Source of the DNA: Kiritimatiella glycovorans
Lineage (GTDB): Bacteria > Verrucomicrobiota > Kiritimatiellia > Kiritimatiellales > Kiritimatiellaceae
NCBI RefSeq assembly: GCF_001017655.1
Contig: NZ_CP010904.1
Coordinates: 1,980,001 to 2,012,000 of the forward strand
Length of the DNA stretch: 32,000 bases
Direction of reading: 5' to 3'
The notes under the pieces are model-generated. The model was given only the letters and a program-made list of their open reading frames with translations. It searched no databases and was not told the origin of the DNA. The translations under genes were made by a program, and so were the position numbers. Position 1 is the stretch's first letter, and every line of letters starts with the position of its first letter. Positions 8,353 to 18,342 of this stretch are shown here, one piece after another.

Positions 8353-8754
8353 TTACCAGATATAGCAGAGCACTTCCCCGCCCACGCCGGACGAGCGCGC
8401 TTCCCGGTCGCTCATCAGCCCGCTCGAGGTCGTCAGGATGGCGGTGCCGATACCGCCATAGACGCGGGGCACTTCACGATTATTGACGTACACGCGGCGG
8501 CCGGGCCGGCTCACGCGCCGGATGCCCTGAATCACGGGCTGCCTCCGTTCGCCCCGGTACTTGAGGTACAGGGTGAGCATGCCTCTGCCGTCGCGGTTCT
8601 CCTTCACGAAGTCGGAGATGTACCCCTCCCCCTTGAGGATTTCCGCAATGGCGTTATTCATGTTCGCAAAGGGGATCAGCACCGACTCCTTGCCGGCGGT
8701 GCTCGCATTGCGAATCCGCGTCAACATATCCGCTATGGGATCATTCAGACTCAT
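8353..8754 (-). CDS. rpsH: 30S ribosomal protein S8 (uS8)
   Basis: 133 aa. The start MSLNDPIADMLTRIRNA is a typical uS8 N-terminus. Confidence 0.96.
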   Translation of the reverse strand: MSLNDPIADMLTRIRNASTAGKESVLIPFANMNNAIAEILKGEGYISDFVKENRDGRGMLTLYLKYRGERRQPVIQGIRRVSRPGRRVYVNNREVPRVYGGIGTAILTTSSGLMSDREARSSGVGGEVLCYIW

Positions 8755-8764
8755 CCGTACCGCC

Positions 8765-8950
8765 TTACCAGCTCGATTTCACCACACCCGGGATCTTCCC
8801 TTCGAGGGCCAGTTCCCGGAAGCAAATACGACACAGTTCAAATTTCCGGATATAGGCGCGCTGCCGACCGCAGCGGCGGCAGCGTGTATAGCCCCGCACC
8901 TTGAACTTGGGCGGCTTGTTCGCCTTTACGACCAGTGATTTCCGTGCCAC
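8765..8950 (-). CDS. rpsN: 30S ribosomal protein S14, short zinc-binding (type Z) form
   Basis: 61 aa. GTG start at 8948-8950 with GGAGGT upstream. The CRRCG...CRIC zinc motif is present and the protein ends in W. Confidence 0.94.
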   Translation of the reverse strand: MARKSLVVKANKPPKFKVRGYTRCRRCGRQRAYIRKFELCRICFRELALEGKIPGVVKSSW

Positions 8951-8967
8951 GTCTCTATACCTCCGCT

Positions 8968-9519
8968 TCAGCCCGCCGCCGCTGCGGCAAAGGGCATTCC
9001 GATCAGGCGCAGCAGGTCGCGCGCCTCCTCGTCGCTCTCCGCCGTGGTGACGATGGTTATATCCATTCCATGAATCTGTTTCACCCGGTCGGGATCGATT
9101 TCCGGAAAAATGGTCTGCTCCCGGATTCCCATTGAAAAATTGCCCCGCCCGTCAAAGCCGCTCGCCGACACCCCCCGGAAATCCCGGATCCGCGGCAGCG
9201 CCGCATCGATAAATCGCTCCAGGAACTCATACATCCGGTTGCCCCGCAGCGTGACTTTGGCTCCCAGATTGGTTCCCTCGCGGAGCTTGAAATTGGAGAC
9301 GCTCTTGCGGGCGCGGGTAAGCACGGGCCGCTGTCCGGCAATCTTCGCCATGTCCTCGGCCACGGCCTGAAGCACGTCGCGGTCGTGATCCATCCCCACG
9401 GACGAGTTGAGCACCACCTTCACGAGCGACGGCACCCGCATCGGGTTTTCGTACCCGTGGTTTTTCTTCAGCTCCGGAACAATCCGGCTCCAGTATTCTT
9501 CCTTTAGACGCGGTACCAT
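8968..9519 (-). CDS. rplE: 50S ribosomal protein L5 (uL5)
   Basis: 183 aa. Starts [19 protein letters not shown] and contains ITIVTTA. Position is conserved. Confidence 0.95.
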   Translation of the reverse strand: MVPRLKEEYWSRIVPELKKNHGYENPMRVPSLVKVVLNSSVGMDHDRDVLQAVAEDMAKIAGQRPVLTRARKSVSNFKLREGTNLGAKVTLRGNRMYEFLERFIDAALPRIRDFRGVSASGFDGRGNFSMGIREQTIFPEIDPDRVKQIHGMDITIVTTAESDEEARDLLRLIGMPFAAAAAG

Positions 9520-9545
9520 TGGTCCGATTCCTCCGGGGCAACGCC

Positions 9546-9785
9546 CTAAGACTTGCGCTCCACGACCTTCAGATTCGACACGTGGAGCGGCGCTTCCTTG
9601 TCCACGACCCCGCCCTGGGGGTTATCCTGGGTCTTGCGCATATGCTTTTTGATCAGGTTCAGGCCCTCCACCAGCGCGCGCTCGCGCTTCGGGTAGACTT
9701 CGAGCACGCGGCCCTGCTTCCCCGCGTCCTCACCGGTGCTCACCTCTACGGTGTCGCCTTTTTTAACATGACATCGATACTTCAT
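9546..9785 (-). CDS. rplX: 50S ribosomal protein L24 (uL24), short form
   Basis: I chose the internal ATG at 9785 (GGGAAGAG upstream) over the 185-aa track ORF that overlaps rplN. The KOW motif KKGDTVEVSTGEDAGKQGRV is present (79 aa). Confidence 0.93.
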   Translation of the reverse strand: MKYRCHVKKGDTVEVSTGEDAGKQGRVLEVYPKRERALVEGLNLIKKHMRKTQDNPQGGVVDKEAPLHVSNLKVVERKS

Positions 9786-9796
9786 CGTCTCTTCCC

Positions 9797-10162
9797 TCAC
9801 AGCACTTCCGGCGCCAGCGAAACCAGCTTCATGAAGTTCTGTTCCCTGAGTTCCCGCGCGATGGGGCCGAAGATGCGCGTGCCGCGCGGATTGTTGTTCT
9901 CGTCGATCATCACGACGGCGTTGTGATCGAAAGAGAGGTACGAACCGTCCGGGCGACGCACGGGACTCTTCGTCCGCACGATCACGGCCAGGCCCAGCGC
10001 TCCCTTCTTGAGCATCCCATCCGGCTGAGCCTCCTTGACGGTGACGCGGATGATCTCGCCCACCTTCGCGTAGCGCCGCGGGTGGCCGAGGATGCGGATG
10101 CACTGGACGCTGCGCGCGCCCGTGTTGTCCGCCACCTGTAGTCTCGACTGCTCCGAAATCAT
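9797..10162 (-). CDS. rplN: 50S ribosomal protein L14 (uL14)
   Basis: 121 aa. Starts [17 protein letters not shown] and contains [10 protein letters not shown]. Confidence 0.96.
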   Translation of the reverse strand: MISEQSRLQVADNTGARSVQCIRILGHPRRYAKVGEIIRVTVKEAQPDGMLKKGALGLAVIVRTKSPVRRPDGSYLSFDHNAVVMIDENNNPRGTRIFGPIARELREQNFMKLVSLAPEVL

Positions 10163-10174
10163 TGCGCGAACTCC

Positions 10175-10453
10175 TTACTGCCGCGGCTCCGTATCGCCGC
10201 CGACCACGTCCACCAGCCGCCAGCGCTTCCGGCGGCTGACCGGTCTTGTTTCCATGATGCGCACCTTGTCGCCCACCTTCGCGGCGTTGTCCTCATCGTG
10301 AACCAGAAACCTGCGGCTCACGCGCATCTCTTTTCCGTACAGGGGGTGCCGGACATGGCGTTCCACCGATACCGAAATCGTCTTGTCGCCGGAATTCCGG
10401 ACGACATGGCCGATACGTTCCTTGCGATTGCCCCGTGACTGCGTCTCCGTCAT
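10175..10453 (-). CDS. rpsQ: 30S ribosomal protein S17 (uS17)
   Basis: 92 aa. Contains [32 protein letters not shown]. There is an ATGA overlap with the rpmC stop. Confidence 0.95.
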   Translation of the reverse strand: MTETQSRGNRKERIGHVVRNSGDKTISVSVERHVRHPLYGKEMRVSRRFLVHDEDNAAKVGDKVRIMETRPVSRRKRWRLVDVVGGDTEPRQ

Positions 10454-10653
10454 GATTCCGTCTCCGCCCGTTGATGCTCGCCCAGCAGCGTGAGAATCCG
10501 CGCCGCCGTACGGCGCAGTTCACGGATACGGGCCGGATTTTCGAGCTGTCCGGCGGTCTGCTGGATGCGGAGGTTCACCAGCTCCCTGCGGGTGTCCTCC
10601 ATCTGGTGCCGGAGCTCTTCCGGCGTCATATTTCTGAGTTCAGCTGTCTTCAT
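10450..10653 (-). CDS. rpmC: 50S ribosomal protein L29 (uL29)
   Basis: 67 aa. Starts [31 protein letters not shown]. Confidence 0.94.
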   Translation of the reverse strand: MKTAELRNMTPEELRHQMEDTRRELVNLRIQQTAGQLENPARIRELRRTAARILTLLGEHQRAETES

Positions 10654-10672
10654 GGTTTACCCCCGGAAGCAC

Positions 10673-11092
10673 TCAGGCGTGTCCGTCCCGGTGCACAAAA
10701 CGCGTGCGCATCGGCAGCTTCGCCGCGGCCAGTCGCATGGCGTTTCTTGCGAGCGACTCGCTCACGCCGTCCAGCTCGAACAGCATGCGTCCCGGCTTGA
10801 TGACGGCGACCCAGTGCTCGACGTTGCCCTTGCCCTTGCCCATGCGCACTTCGAGCGGTTTTTCGGTAATGGGTTTGTCGGGAAAGATGCGGATCCAGAG
10901 TTTGCCTTTGCGCTTGAGCGAACGGTTGATCGCCACGCGGCAGGCCTCGATCTGGATGCCCGTGATCCATCCCCGGTCGAGCGCCTGGAGACCGTACGCA
11001 CCGAAGGACAGCTCCCGTCCCCGCTGCGCCACCCCGCGGCGCGACCCCTTCTGCACCTTGCGGTGCTTTGTCCTTTTCGGCATCAGAGGCAT
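10673..11092 (-). CDS. rplP: 50S ribosomal protein L16 (uL16)
   Basis: 139 aa. Starts [17 protein letters not shown] lies 7 nt upstream of the 11092 ATG. An alternative ATG at 11083 would give MPKRTKHRK. Confidence 0.95.
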   Translation of the reverse strand: MPLMPKRTKHRKVQKGSRRGVAQRGRELSFGAYGLQALDRGWITGIQIEACRVAINRSLKRKGKLWIRIFPDKPITEKPLEVRMGKGKGNVEHWVAVIKPGRMLFELDGVSESLARNAMRLAAAKLPMRTRFVHRDGHA

Positions 11093-11096
11093 GAGT

Positions 11097-11732
11097 CTAC
11101 TCCTGAACTGCTTCGTCTTCCTTGCAAATCCAAACCTTCACGCCGATTTTGCCCGCCTTGGTGTCCGCCTCCGCATGCCCGTAATGAATGGGGGCGCGCA
11201 GCGTATGCAGGGGCACCTTGCCCTGCTTGTAGCATTCGGAACGGGAGAGCTCGGCCCCGTTGAGCCGTCCGGAGACGAGGACCTTGATCCCGTCCGCCCC
11301 GAGGTCCATGGCGAGCTGGATGGCGCGTTTCATGGCGCGGCGAAACGACACGCGGCGCTCGAGGTGCATCGCGATGTTTTCAGAGACGAGCTGGGCGTCG
11401 ACGTCCGGGCTCTTCACCTCCTGGATCTCGAGGTAGACTTCCTTGCCGGTCTGCTTGACCAGTTCGTCGCGAAGCTTGTCGATCTCCTCGCCCTTGCGCC
11501 CGATCACCAGCCCGGGCCGCGCCGTCCGCAGCGTGATGCGGATGCGGTTGGCGTAGCGTTCGATCCTGACGGCGGAGATCGCCGCATCCCGAAGCCGGCG
11601 GCCGATAATCTCACGGACGGCGAGGTCCTCGTGCAGCAGCCCGCCGAAACCCTTCGCGTCCGAGTACCAGCGTGAATCCCAGTTGCGGTTCACCGCGACC
11701 CGGAGCCCGATCGGATTTACTTTCTGTCCCAA
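11097..11732 (-). CDS. rpsC: 30S ribosomal protein S3 (uS3)
   Basis: 211 aa. TTG start at 11730-11732 with GGGAGG upstream. The N-terminus (M)[10 protein letters not shown] is canonical for uS3. Confidence 0.95.
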   Translation of the reverse strand: MGQKVNPIGLRVAVNRNWDSRWYSDAKGFGGLLHEDLAVREIIGRRLRDAAISAVRIERYANRIRITLRTARPGLVIGRKGEEIDKLRDELVKQTGKEVYLEIQEVKSPDVDAQLVSENIAMHLERRVSFRRAMKRAIQLAMDLGADGIKVLVSGRLNGAELSRSECYKQGKVPLHTLRAPIHYGHAEADTKAGKIGVKVWICKEDEAVQE

Positions 11733-11745
11733 AACGAAACCTCCC

Positions 11746-12093
11746 TCAGCGGCGCTTCGGCCGCTCGTCGGTGAGTACCACCGTGATATGGCTCATCTTC
11801 TTCTGAATCGGGCTGACCATGCCCCGGGCGCGCGGCCAGAACCTCCGCATGCGCGGACCTTCGTTCACCCGCGCCGTCTTGACGAACAGCTGCTCGGCGT
11901 CCAGCTCTTCGTTGTTCTCGGCATTGGCGACCGCCGATTTCAGCGTCTTCCCGAGCAGCGTCGCCGCCTTGCGCGCATTGAATTCCGTAATCTTCAGCGC
12001 TTCGGGGACGGGCATCCCCTGAATCGTGCGCGCCAGATCCCGCGCCTTGGAGGGCGAAATCCGCACAAACCTCGCTGTCGCCGATACTTCCAT
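11746..12093 (-). CDS. rplV: 50S ribosomal protein L22 (uL22)
   Basis: 115 aa. Starts MEVSATARFVRISPSKARDLARTIQG. Confidence 0.95.
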   Translation of the reverse strand: MEVSATARFVRISPSKARDLARTIQGMPVPEALKITEFNARKAATLLGKTLKSAVANAENNEELDAEQLFVKTARVNEGPRMRRFWPRARGMVSPIQKKMSHITVVLTDERPKRR

Positions 12094-12215
12094 AACTCGT
12101 TTTCCCTTTTCGTCCGCGGGTCCCGTTCAGGGGAAAGCGGACAGTCTACATATTTCACCGTTGAGTACCAGAACCTACTGTAAAAAAGTTCCGGAAATCC
12201 CGTACCGCGCCGCGG

Positions 12216-12500
12216 CTACTTCAGCGAGACGTTCTTGTCCGTCGCCATGCCGTGGCGCCGGAAGGCCCGCGTGGCCGCGAACTCGCCGAGCCGATGCCCC
12301 ACCATGTTCTCGGTGACGAACACGGAGATGAAGTTCCGGCCGTTGTGGACCAGAAAAGTGTGGCCCACGAAATCGGGCAGGATCATCGAACGCCGGGACC
12401 AGGTCTTGATCGGGCGTTTGGCGCCGCTCTGGTTCATGCGGTCGACCTTCTTCTGCAGCTTGGGATATACGTAGGGACCTTTTTTCAGTGATCGCGCCAT
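12216..12500 (-). CDS. rpsS: 30S ribosomal protein S19 (uS19)
   Basis: 94 aa. Starts [11 protein letters not shown] and contains [10 protein letters not shown]. Confidence 0.96.
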   Translation of the reverse strand: MARSLKKGPYVYPKLQKKVDRMNQSGAKRPIKTWSRRSMILPDFVGHTFLVHNGRNFISVFVTENMVGHRLGEFAATRAFRRHGMATDKNVSLK

Positions 12501-12501
12501 G

Positions 12502-13326
12502 TCAGGATCTCCGCTTTACAATGAACTTATCCGTGGCCTTCTTGCCGCGCCGGGTCTTTCCGCTCTTGGCGAGCTGGCCCCACGGGGAGGTCGGATGGCC
12601 GCCGCCGGAAGTACGCCCCTCGCCGCCGCCCATGGGATGGTCGACGGGATTCATGACCACGCCGCGCACGGTGGGCCGCACACCCTTCCAGCGCTTGCGG
12701 CCGGCCTTGCCGCTCATGAGGTTTTCGTGCTCGGCGAAACCGACCGCGCCGACGGTGGCCAGGCTCTCGACGGGCACTTTCCGGATTTCTCCGGAGGGCA
12801 GTTTAACGTTCGCGTACCGACCCTCGCGGGCCATGATCCGCGCGGATTCCCCGGCCGAGCGGACGATTTTTCCGCCGTTGCCGGGATTGAGTTCGATGTT
12901 GTGGATCGGCATACCGATCGGGATCTCGGCGAGCGGGAGCGCGTTACCCGCGGCGGGCTCCGAACCCGGACCGGACACAATCTCGGCGCCGGGCTTCAAT
13001 CCCGCGGGTGCGAGAATGTAGCGCTTTTCGCCGTCGCGGTAGTGCAGCAGCGCCAGCCGCGCGGAGCGGTTGGGGTCGTATTCGATCGCCGCCACTTTCG
13101 CGGGGATCCCGTGCTTATCGCGTTTGAAATCCACCTGCCGCAGCCGGCGCTTGTGTCCGCCGCCCCGGTGGCGCACGGTGATCCGTCCCGAACGGGAGCG
13201 GCCGCTGCCGCGTTTCTTGGATACCAGCAGCGAGCGTTCCGGCCGGTCCTTGGTGACCTCCTGAAAATCGGAGAGCACCATAAATCGGCGGCTCGGCGTA
13301 ACCGGTCTATATTTTTTGAGTCCCAT
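12502..13326 (-). CDS. rplB: 50S ribosomal protein L2 (uL2)
   Basis: 274 aa. Contains [17 protein letters not shown] and [14 protein letters not shown]. Confidence 0.97.
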   Translation of the reverse strand: MGLKKYRPVTPSRRFMVLSDFQEVTKDRPERSLLVSKKRGSGRSRSGRITVRHRGGGHKRRLRQVDFKRDKHGIPAKVAAIEYDPNRSARLALLHYRDGEKRYILAPAGLKPGAEIVSGPGSEPAAGNALPLAEIPIGMPIHNIELNPGNGGKIVRSAGESARIMAREGRYANVKLPSGEIRKVPVESLATVGAVGFAEHENLMSGKAGRKRWKGVRPTVRGVVMNPVDHPMGGGEGRTSGGGHPTSPWGQLAKSGKTRRGKKATDKFIVKRRS

Positions 13327-13353
13327 CGCGTACTCCTCGAACTTCCTGCCCGT

Positions 13354-13635
13354 CTAGATAATCTCGATCTGTTCGCCTTCGCGGAGGGTCACCACGGCGC
13401 GCTTCCAGGCGGCAGTGCGGCCGAAATGGAGTCCGCGCTCCCGCTTGATCTTACCCTTGCGGTTCATGGTGTTCACTTCCTCCACATGCACCCCGAAGAC
13501 GTCCTCCACGGCGCGCTTGATTTCCGGCTTGTTGGCCTTCGGGTGGACCCGGAAGATATACTTGTTCTCCGTCTCCGAGAGCCGGGTCCCCTTTTCGGTC
13601 AGCAACACCCTCTGAATGATATGATACGAATTCAT
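13354..13635 (-). CDS. rplW: 50S ribosomal protein L23 (uL23)
   Basis: 93 aa. Contains LLTEKGTRLSETENKYIFRVHPKANKPEIKRAVE. There is an ATGA overlap with the rplD stop. Confidence 0.94.
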   Translation of the reverse strand: MNSYHIIQRVLLTEKGTRLSETENKYIFRVHPKANKPEIKRAVEDVFGVHVEEVNTMNRKGKIKRERGLHFGRTAAWKRAVVTLREGEQIEII

Positions 13636-14270
13636 GATCTGCGCCCCGTTTTACTGATCCGCTCCTGAAGTTTCCCGAGGGCCCCCGAGTCGACCAGCAT
13701 CCGCGGGTAGCGCAGCACCTGGTAGGTGTGCACCGATTCCGACGAGGTCACTTCGACGCCGGGCAGGTTGCGGGCCGCCAGCAGCAGGGCGTCCTCCGGC
13801 CGCTCGGCCACGAACAGCACGGGCGCCTCGAGCTTGAGGGCCTTGAGCAGCGCCGCCGCGTGACGGGTCCGCGGTTCCGGAACCGACAGTTCGTCGATCA
13901 CGGTCACCGCCCCCGAGAGCAGGCGGTCGCTGAGCGCGCGCCGGAAGGCGAGCCGCCGTTCCTTCTTCGAGAGCCGGGCCTTGTATTTGCGCGGATGGGG
14001 TCCGAAGGCCACGCCGCCGCCCCGCCAGATGGGAGATCCGCGCGAACCGGCACGGGCGCGCCCGATACCCTTCTGCCGCCAGGGTTTGGCGCCCGATGCG
14101 ATGACCTGTGCGCGCGTTTTGGTCGACGCCGTGCCGGTCCGCGCCGCGCGGCGGTGCGCCACCACGGCGTCGTGCACGAGATGCTCTTCGCCTTCGCGCA
14201 GCAGGGCGTCCTCGACGAACTCGACTTCGCCGACCTGCTCGCCGCCTGAATTGTGCACTGCAAGTTTCAT
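13632..14270 (-). CDS. rplD: 50S ribosomal protein L4 (uL4)
   Basis: 212 aa. Contains KPWRQKGIGRARAGSRGSPIWRGGGVAFGP. There is an ATGA overlap with the rplC stop. Confidence 0.95.
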   Translation of the reverse strand: MKLAVHNSGGEQVGEVEFVEDALLREGEEHLVHDAVVAHRRAARTGTASTKTRAQVIASGAKPWRQKGIGRARAGSRGSPIWRGGGVAFGPHPRKYKARLSKKERRLAFRRALSDRLLSGAVTVIDELSVPEPRTRHAAALLKALKLEAPVLFVAERPEDALLLAARNLPGVEVTSSESVHTYQVLRYPRMLVDSGALGKLQERISKTGRRS

Positions 14271-14914
14271 GATGCCTTCCGTCCCTGTTTCTTGCGGGCC
14301 TCGCGGACCTCGACGATGCCGTTGTTCGGCCCCGGGACGGCGCCGCGCACCAGCAGTACGTTATCCCCGGTCCGGACCCCCATGACCCTGAGGTTCTGCG
14401 TCGTCACCCGCCGCGCCCCGGTCTGTCCGGGCATTTTGCGGTTTTTCATCACGCGGGCCGGTTTTTCACACATGCCGATCGATCCGGACATGCGGTGCAT
14501 CCCGGAGCCGTGCGATGCGCGGCCGCCGGAGAACCCGTGCCGCTTCACTACGCCCTGGTAACCGCGCCCCTTGCTGAGCGCGACCACATCGATAAAGTCC
14601 ACGTCCTCGAACATATCGACCGTGAGCGTCTCCCCCTCGCCCGGGAGGTCGTCGCCCTCCGCGAAGCGGAACTCGCGCAGTACGCGGTGCGGGGCCGCGC
14701 CGCCGCGTTTGAAGTGGCCCTGCAGCGGTTTCGTCACCCGCGTCTCCTTCTGCGGGCCGAACCCGAGCTGCACGGCCGGGTACCCCTCCTTCTCCGCGGT
14801 CCTGGCCTGGACTACGGGACAGGGGCCGGCTTCGATGACCGTCACCGGCACGGCGCGACCCTCTTCGGTGAAGATCTGCGTCATGCCCACCTTGCGTCCT
14901 ATCAAACCCTTCAT
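14267..14914 (-). CDS. rplC: 50S ribosomal protein L3 (uL3)
   Basis: 215 aa. Starts MKGLIGRKVGMTQIFTEEG and contains GKGYQGVVKRHGF-like KGRGYQGVVKRHGFSGG. Confidence 0.96.
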   Translation of the reverse strand: MKGLIGRKVGMTQIFTEEGRAVPVTVIEAGPCPVVQARTAEKEGYPAVQLGFGPQKETRVTKPLQGHFKRGGAAPHRVLREFRFAEGDDLPGEGETLTVDMFEDVDFIDVVALSKGRGYQGVVKRHGFSGGRASHGSGMHRMSGSIGMCEKPARVMKNRKMPGQTGARRVTTQNLRVMGVRTGDNVLLVRGAVPGPNNGIVEVREARKKQGRKAS

Positions 14915-14924
14915 CGGCCCATCC

Positions 14925-15245
14925 TCAGATCTTAATGGTGATATCCACCCCGGCGGGGAGATTCAGTTTCTTCAGTTCGTCCACCGTCTTCGCCGTGGGA
15001 TCGATAATATCCAGCAGCCGCTTATGCGTCCGCATCTCGAACTGATCCATCGACTTCTTGTTCACATGCGGACTGCGGTTGACCGTGAACTTCTCGATCC
15101 GCGTCGGAAGCGGGATCGGGCCCGCGACCCGCGCACCGGTCCGCCGGGCGGTTTCGACGATATCCACCGACGAGGCGTCCAGCGCCCGGTGGTCGTATGA
15201 TTTAAGCCGTATTCTGATCTTCTGTCCGTTCATGGCCGCACTCAT
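14925..15245 (-). CDS. rpsJ: 30S ribosomal protein S10 (uS10)
   Basis: 106 aa. Contains [16 protein letters not shown]. The ATG at 15245 overlaps the fusA stop (ATGA). An alternative ATG at 15233 (MNGQKIRI) would give the more usual length. Confidence 0.94.
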   Translation of the reverse strand: MSAAMNGQKIRIRLKSYDHRALDASSVDIVETARRTGARVAGPIPLPTRIEKFTVNRSPHVNKKSMDQFEMRTHKRLLDIIDPTAKTVDELKKLNLPAGVDITIKI

Positions 15246-17371
15246 CGTTGTAAAATCTCCTCCTGCAACGACGGGGGAACTTCAGCAAAGCTGTGAGGCT
15301 CCATCGTGTAACTCGCCCGTCCCTTGGTCAACGACCGCAGATGCGTGGCGTACCCGAAGACCTCCGAGAGCGGTACGCCCGCCTCGATGATCTGCAGGTC
15401 GTCCCGCGATCGACTTTCCCATACCTGTCCACGGCGCCCGTTCAGGTCGCCGAACACATCACCCATATGATCTTCCGGGGTCACGATCTCCAGTGCCATG
15501 ATCGGCTCGAGGAGCACCGGGTCCGCCTCGGCCGCGGCGCGCCGCAGGGCCATGATCGCCGCGGACCGGAACGCTACGTCGGAGGAATCCACCGGGTGGA
15601 ACGCACCGCCGGTGACGGCGACGTCCGTATCCACCAGCGGGTAGTTGCCGAGCACCCCCGTCGAAAGCGCGTCGCCCAGCCCGCTGCGCAGGGCGTCGTG
15701 ATACGCGGCGGGCACTTCGTTCTCCGGCGCCTCGATCCCGATTTGATTGCCTTCGCCCCTCCCCCGTGCGGACACGCGGATACGCACACGGGCAAAATGC
15801 CCGCGGCCTCCGAATTCGCGTTCGAAGACCTCTTCGGCCTCGCCGCCGGATTTAACGGATTCGCGGTAGGCGACCGAGGGCCGTCCGACCTTGGCCTGCA
15901 CTTTGAACTCCCGCAGCAGCCGGTCGCGGATGACTTCGAGATGAAGCTCGCCCATCCCGCTGATCAGCGTCTGACCGGTCTCCGGGTCCACGGAGACCCG
16001 GAACGTGGGGTCCTCCTCCGCGAGCGCGCGAAGCGCGTCCTGCAGGTCGTCGCTGTCCGCCTTGGTGCGCGGTTCGACGGCCATCGAGACGACCGGTTCG
16101 GGGAATACGATCTGTTCGAGCACGATCGGGTCGTTCTCCGCGCAGAGCGTGTCGCCGGTGGTCGCCTCCTTCGGCCCCACGATCGCGCCGATTTCGCCTG
16201 CATAGAGCGTATCGACCTCTTCGCGCTGGTTGGCGTGGACGCGCAGCAGCCGCCCGATCCGCTCGCGCCGGCCGGTGCGGGGGTTGAAGACGTTCTTGCC
16301 TTTTTTAAGGGTGCCCGAGTAGACGCGCGTAAACGCGACCTTGCCGACGTACTCGTCGGTGGCGATCTTGAATACGAGCGCACTGAGCGCCGCCCCGTCG
16401 GCGGCCTCGCGGGTCAGCGTCTCCTCCGATTTAGGGTGCCGGCCCTCGACGGGCGGCACATCCGCGGGCGAGGGCATATAGGCCACGACGCCGTCGAGCA
16501 GCGGCTGGACGCCGCGATTGCGCAGGGCCGTTCCGCAGAAGACGGGAACTATTTCGCCCCTGATCACGGCGCGGCGGATGCCGGCCCGGAGCAATTCCGC
16601 GGAGACGTCGCGTCCGTCCTCAAGATACGTTTCCAGGACCGCCTCGTCCTTCTCGGCGACCCGCTCGATCATTTCGGCGCGGCGGCGTTCGGCCTCCGCG
16701 GCCAGTGATTCGGGGATAGATTTGAAATCCACTTTGCGGCCCAGCGACGCCGCGTCAAAGGTGACCGCCTGCATCCGGATCAGGTCGATCACACCTTCGA
16801 ACCCGTCTTCCGCACCCCAGGGCATCTGGACCGGGACGACCGGCGCGGCGAGGCGCTCGTGGATCTCGCGCACCGTACCGTCGAAGTCCGCGCCGGTGCG
16901 GTCCATCTTATTGATGAACGCGACAAAGGGGACATTGTAGCGGCGGGCCTGCCGCCAAACGGTCTCGGACTGGGGCTGCACGCCGCTCACGGCGCAGAAG
17001 ATGCCCACGGCGCCGTCGAGGATGCGCAGCGAGCGCTCGACCTCCACCGTGAAATCGACGTGGCCGGGGGTATCGATCAAGTTGATCTGGGCCTGCTGCC
17101 AGAAGAGCGTGGTCGCGGCGCTGGTGATGGTGATCCCGCGTTCCTGTTCCTGACTCATCCAGTCCATGGCGGCGCTGCCCTCATGGACCTCGCCCATCTT
17201 GTGGACTCGTCCGGAGTAGTAGAGCATGCGCTCGGTGGTGGTCGTCTTACCCGCGTCGATGTGCGCGACGATCCCGATGTTGCGGACATCACCGAGGGCG
17301 TACGGACGCGAGGGATCCTCATCCTTCGAGGATACCTTTGCCTCCGCCGTCCTTTTGGTTGCTGCCACCAC
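15242..17371 (-). CDS. fusA: Translation elongation factor G
   Basis: 709 aa with GTG start. G-domain motifs [19 protein letters not shown] and DTPGHVDF. It has an N-terminal extension of about 20 aa relative to E. coli EF-G, so the exact start is uncertain. Confidence 0.95.
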   Translation of the reverse strand: MVAATKRTAEAKVSSKDEDPSRPYALGDVRNIGIVAHIDAGKTTTTERMLYYSGRVHKMGEVHEGSAAMDWMSQEQERGITITSAATTLFWQQAQINLIDTPGHVDFTVEVERSLRILDGAVGIFCAVSGVQPQSETVWRQARRYNVPFVAFINKMDRTGADFDGTVREIHERLAAPVVPVQMPWGAEDGFEGVIDLIRMQAVTFDAASLGRKVDFKSIPESLAAEAERRRAEMIERVAEKDEAVLETYLEDGRDVSAELLRAGIRRAVIRGEIVPVFCGTALRNRGVQPLLDGVVAYMPSPADVPPVEGRHPKSEETLTREAADGAALSALVFKIATDEYVGKVAFTRVYSGTLKKGKNVFNPRTGRRERIGRLLRVHANQREEVDTLYAGEIGAIVGPKEATTGDTLCAENDPIVLEQIVFPEPVVSMAVEPRTKADSDDLQDALRALAEEDPTFRVSVDPETGQTLISGMGELHLEVIRDRLLREFKVQAKVGRPSVAYRESVKSGGEAEEVFEREFGGRGHFARVRIRVSARGRGEGNQIGIEAPENEVPAAYHDALRSGLGDALSTGVLGNYPLVDTDVAVTGGAFHPVDSSDVAFRSAAIMALRRAAAEADPVLLEPIMALEIVTPEDHMGDVFGDLNGRRGQVWESRSRDDLQIIEAGVPLSEVFGYATHLRSLTKGRASYTMEPHSFAEVPPSLQEEILQR

Positions 17372-17398
17372 GTTTCCCGTGCTTTCCCTGGGGGTCGG

Positions 17399-17869
17399 TT
17401 ACCATCGATAATGGGCAAATGCCTTGTTGGCCTGGGCCATCTTGTGCGTATCGTCGCGTTTCTTGACCGCGGCGCCCTGGTTGCGGTAGGCGTCGAGCAG
17501 TTCGTTCGCCAGCGCGCGCTGCACCGGAATGCCGCGGCGGCCGGTCGCGTACTGGATCAGCCAGCGCAGCGCCAGTGCGACCTGGCGGGCCGGCTTGACT
17601 TCCATCGGGACCTGATAGGTCGCGCCGCCGACGCGCCTCGACTTCACCTCGAGCCGCGGCTTGATGTTGTCGATGGCCTGTTCGAACACCTCCAGGGGTT
17701 CCTCGCCCGTCTGCCGGCCGAGTTCGTCCATGGCGCCGTACACAATACGCGCGGCCGTGTTCTTCTTGCCGCGGCTCATCACTTTATTGATAAAGTTCGC
17801 CACCAGCGTGCTGTGGTACCGGGGATCCCCGGCCACGTCCCGTCGTTCTGCTCTTCGCCTTCTGGCCAT
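17399..17869 (-). CDS. rpsG: 30S ribosomal protein S7 (uS7)
   Basis: 156 aa. Starts MARRRRAERR and ends in KAFAHYRW. Confidence 0.96.
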   Translation of the reverse strand: MARRRRAERRDVAGDPRYHSTLVANFINKVMSRGKKNTAARIVYGAMDELGRQTGEEPLEVFEQAIDNIKPRLEVKSRRVGGATYQVPMEVKPARQVALALRWLIQYATGRRGIPVQRALANELLDAYRNQGAAVKKRDDTHKMAQANKAFAHYRW

Positions 17870-17893
17870 AGTTTCTTACCTGCCGTCCGCTGT

Positions 17894-18268
17894 TCAGGTC
17901 CTGGGCTGTTTGGCCCCGTATTTCGAGCGGCCGCGCTTGCGCCCGTCCACACCCTGCGCATCCAGTGATCCGCGCACCACGTGGTAGCGGACCCCCGGAC
18001 AATCCGGCACGCGTCCGCCGCGCACCAGCACCATACTGTGTTCCTGCAGATTATGCCCTTCGCCCGGAATGTAGGCGGTGACTTCGAACCCGTTGGTCAG
18101 CCGCACACGGGCGATCTTTCTCAGAGCCGAATTCGGCTTCTTGGGCGTCATCGTCTTCACCTGAAGACAGACGCCGCGACGCTGGGGGCACTTGCGCAGC
18201 GCCGGCGCTTTCGTCTTCTTCGTCGGCGCCTTGCGCCGCTTTTTCACGAGCTGATTAATCGTCGGCAT
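17894..18268 (-). CDS. rpsL: 30S ribosomal protein S12 (uS12)
   Basis: 124 aa. Starts [10 protein letters not shown] and contains [11 protein letters not shown]. It has [13 protein letters not shown] where the consensus is GGRVKDLPGVRYH. Confidence 0.96.
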   Translation of the reverse strand: MPTINQLVKKRRKAPTKKTKAPALRKCPQRRGVCLQVKTMTPKKPNSALRKIARVRLTNGFEVTAYIPGEGHNLQEHSMVLVRGGRVPDCPGVRYHVVRGSLDAQGVDGRKRGRSKYGAKQPRT

Positions 18269-18303
18269 TCCTGTTCCTTACTTTTTTATGGACAAGGGGC
18301 GGG

Positions 18304-18332
18304 AATGTATCAGAGCCCGTATGCCCCCGCAA
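18304..18332 (-). promoter_or_regulatory. Candidate sigma70-type internal promoter for rpsL-rpsG-fusA
   Basis: On the minus strand: TTGCGG, 17-nt spacer, TACATT, with TG one base upstream of the -10 (TGaTACATT, extended -10). It lies in the 74-nt rpoC-rpsL spacer. This is a motif match only. Confidence 0.3.
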
Positions 18333-18342
18333 GATATCAATG

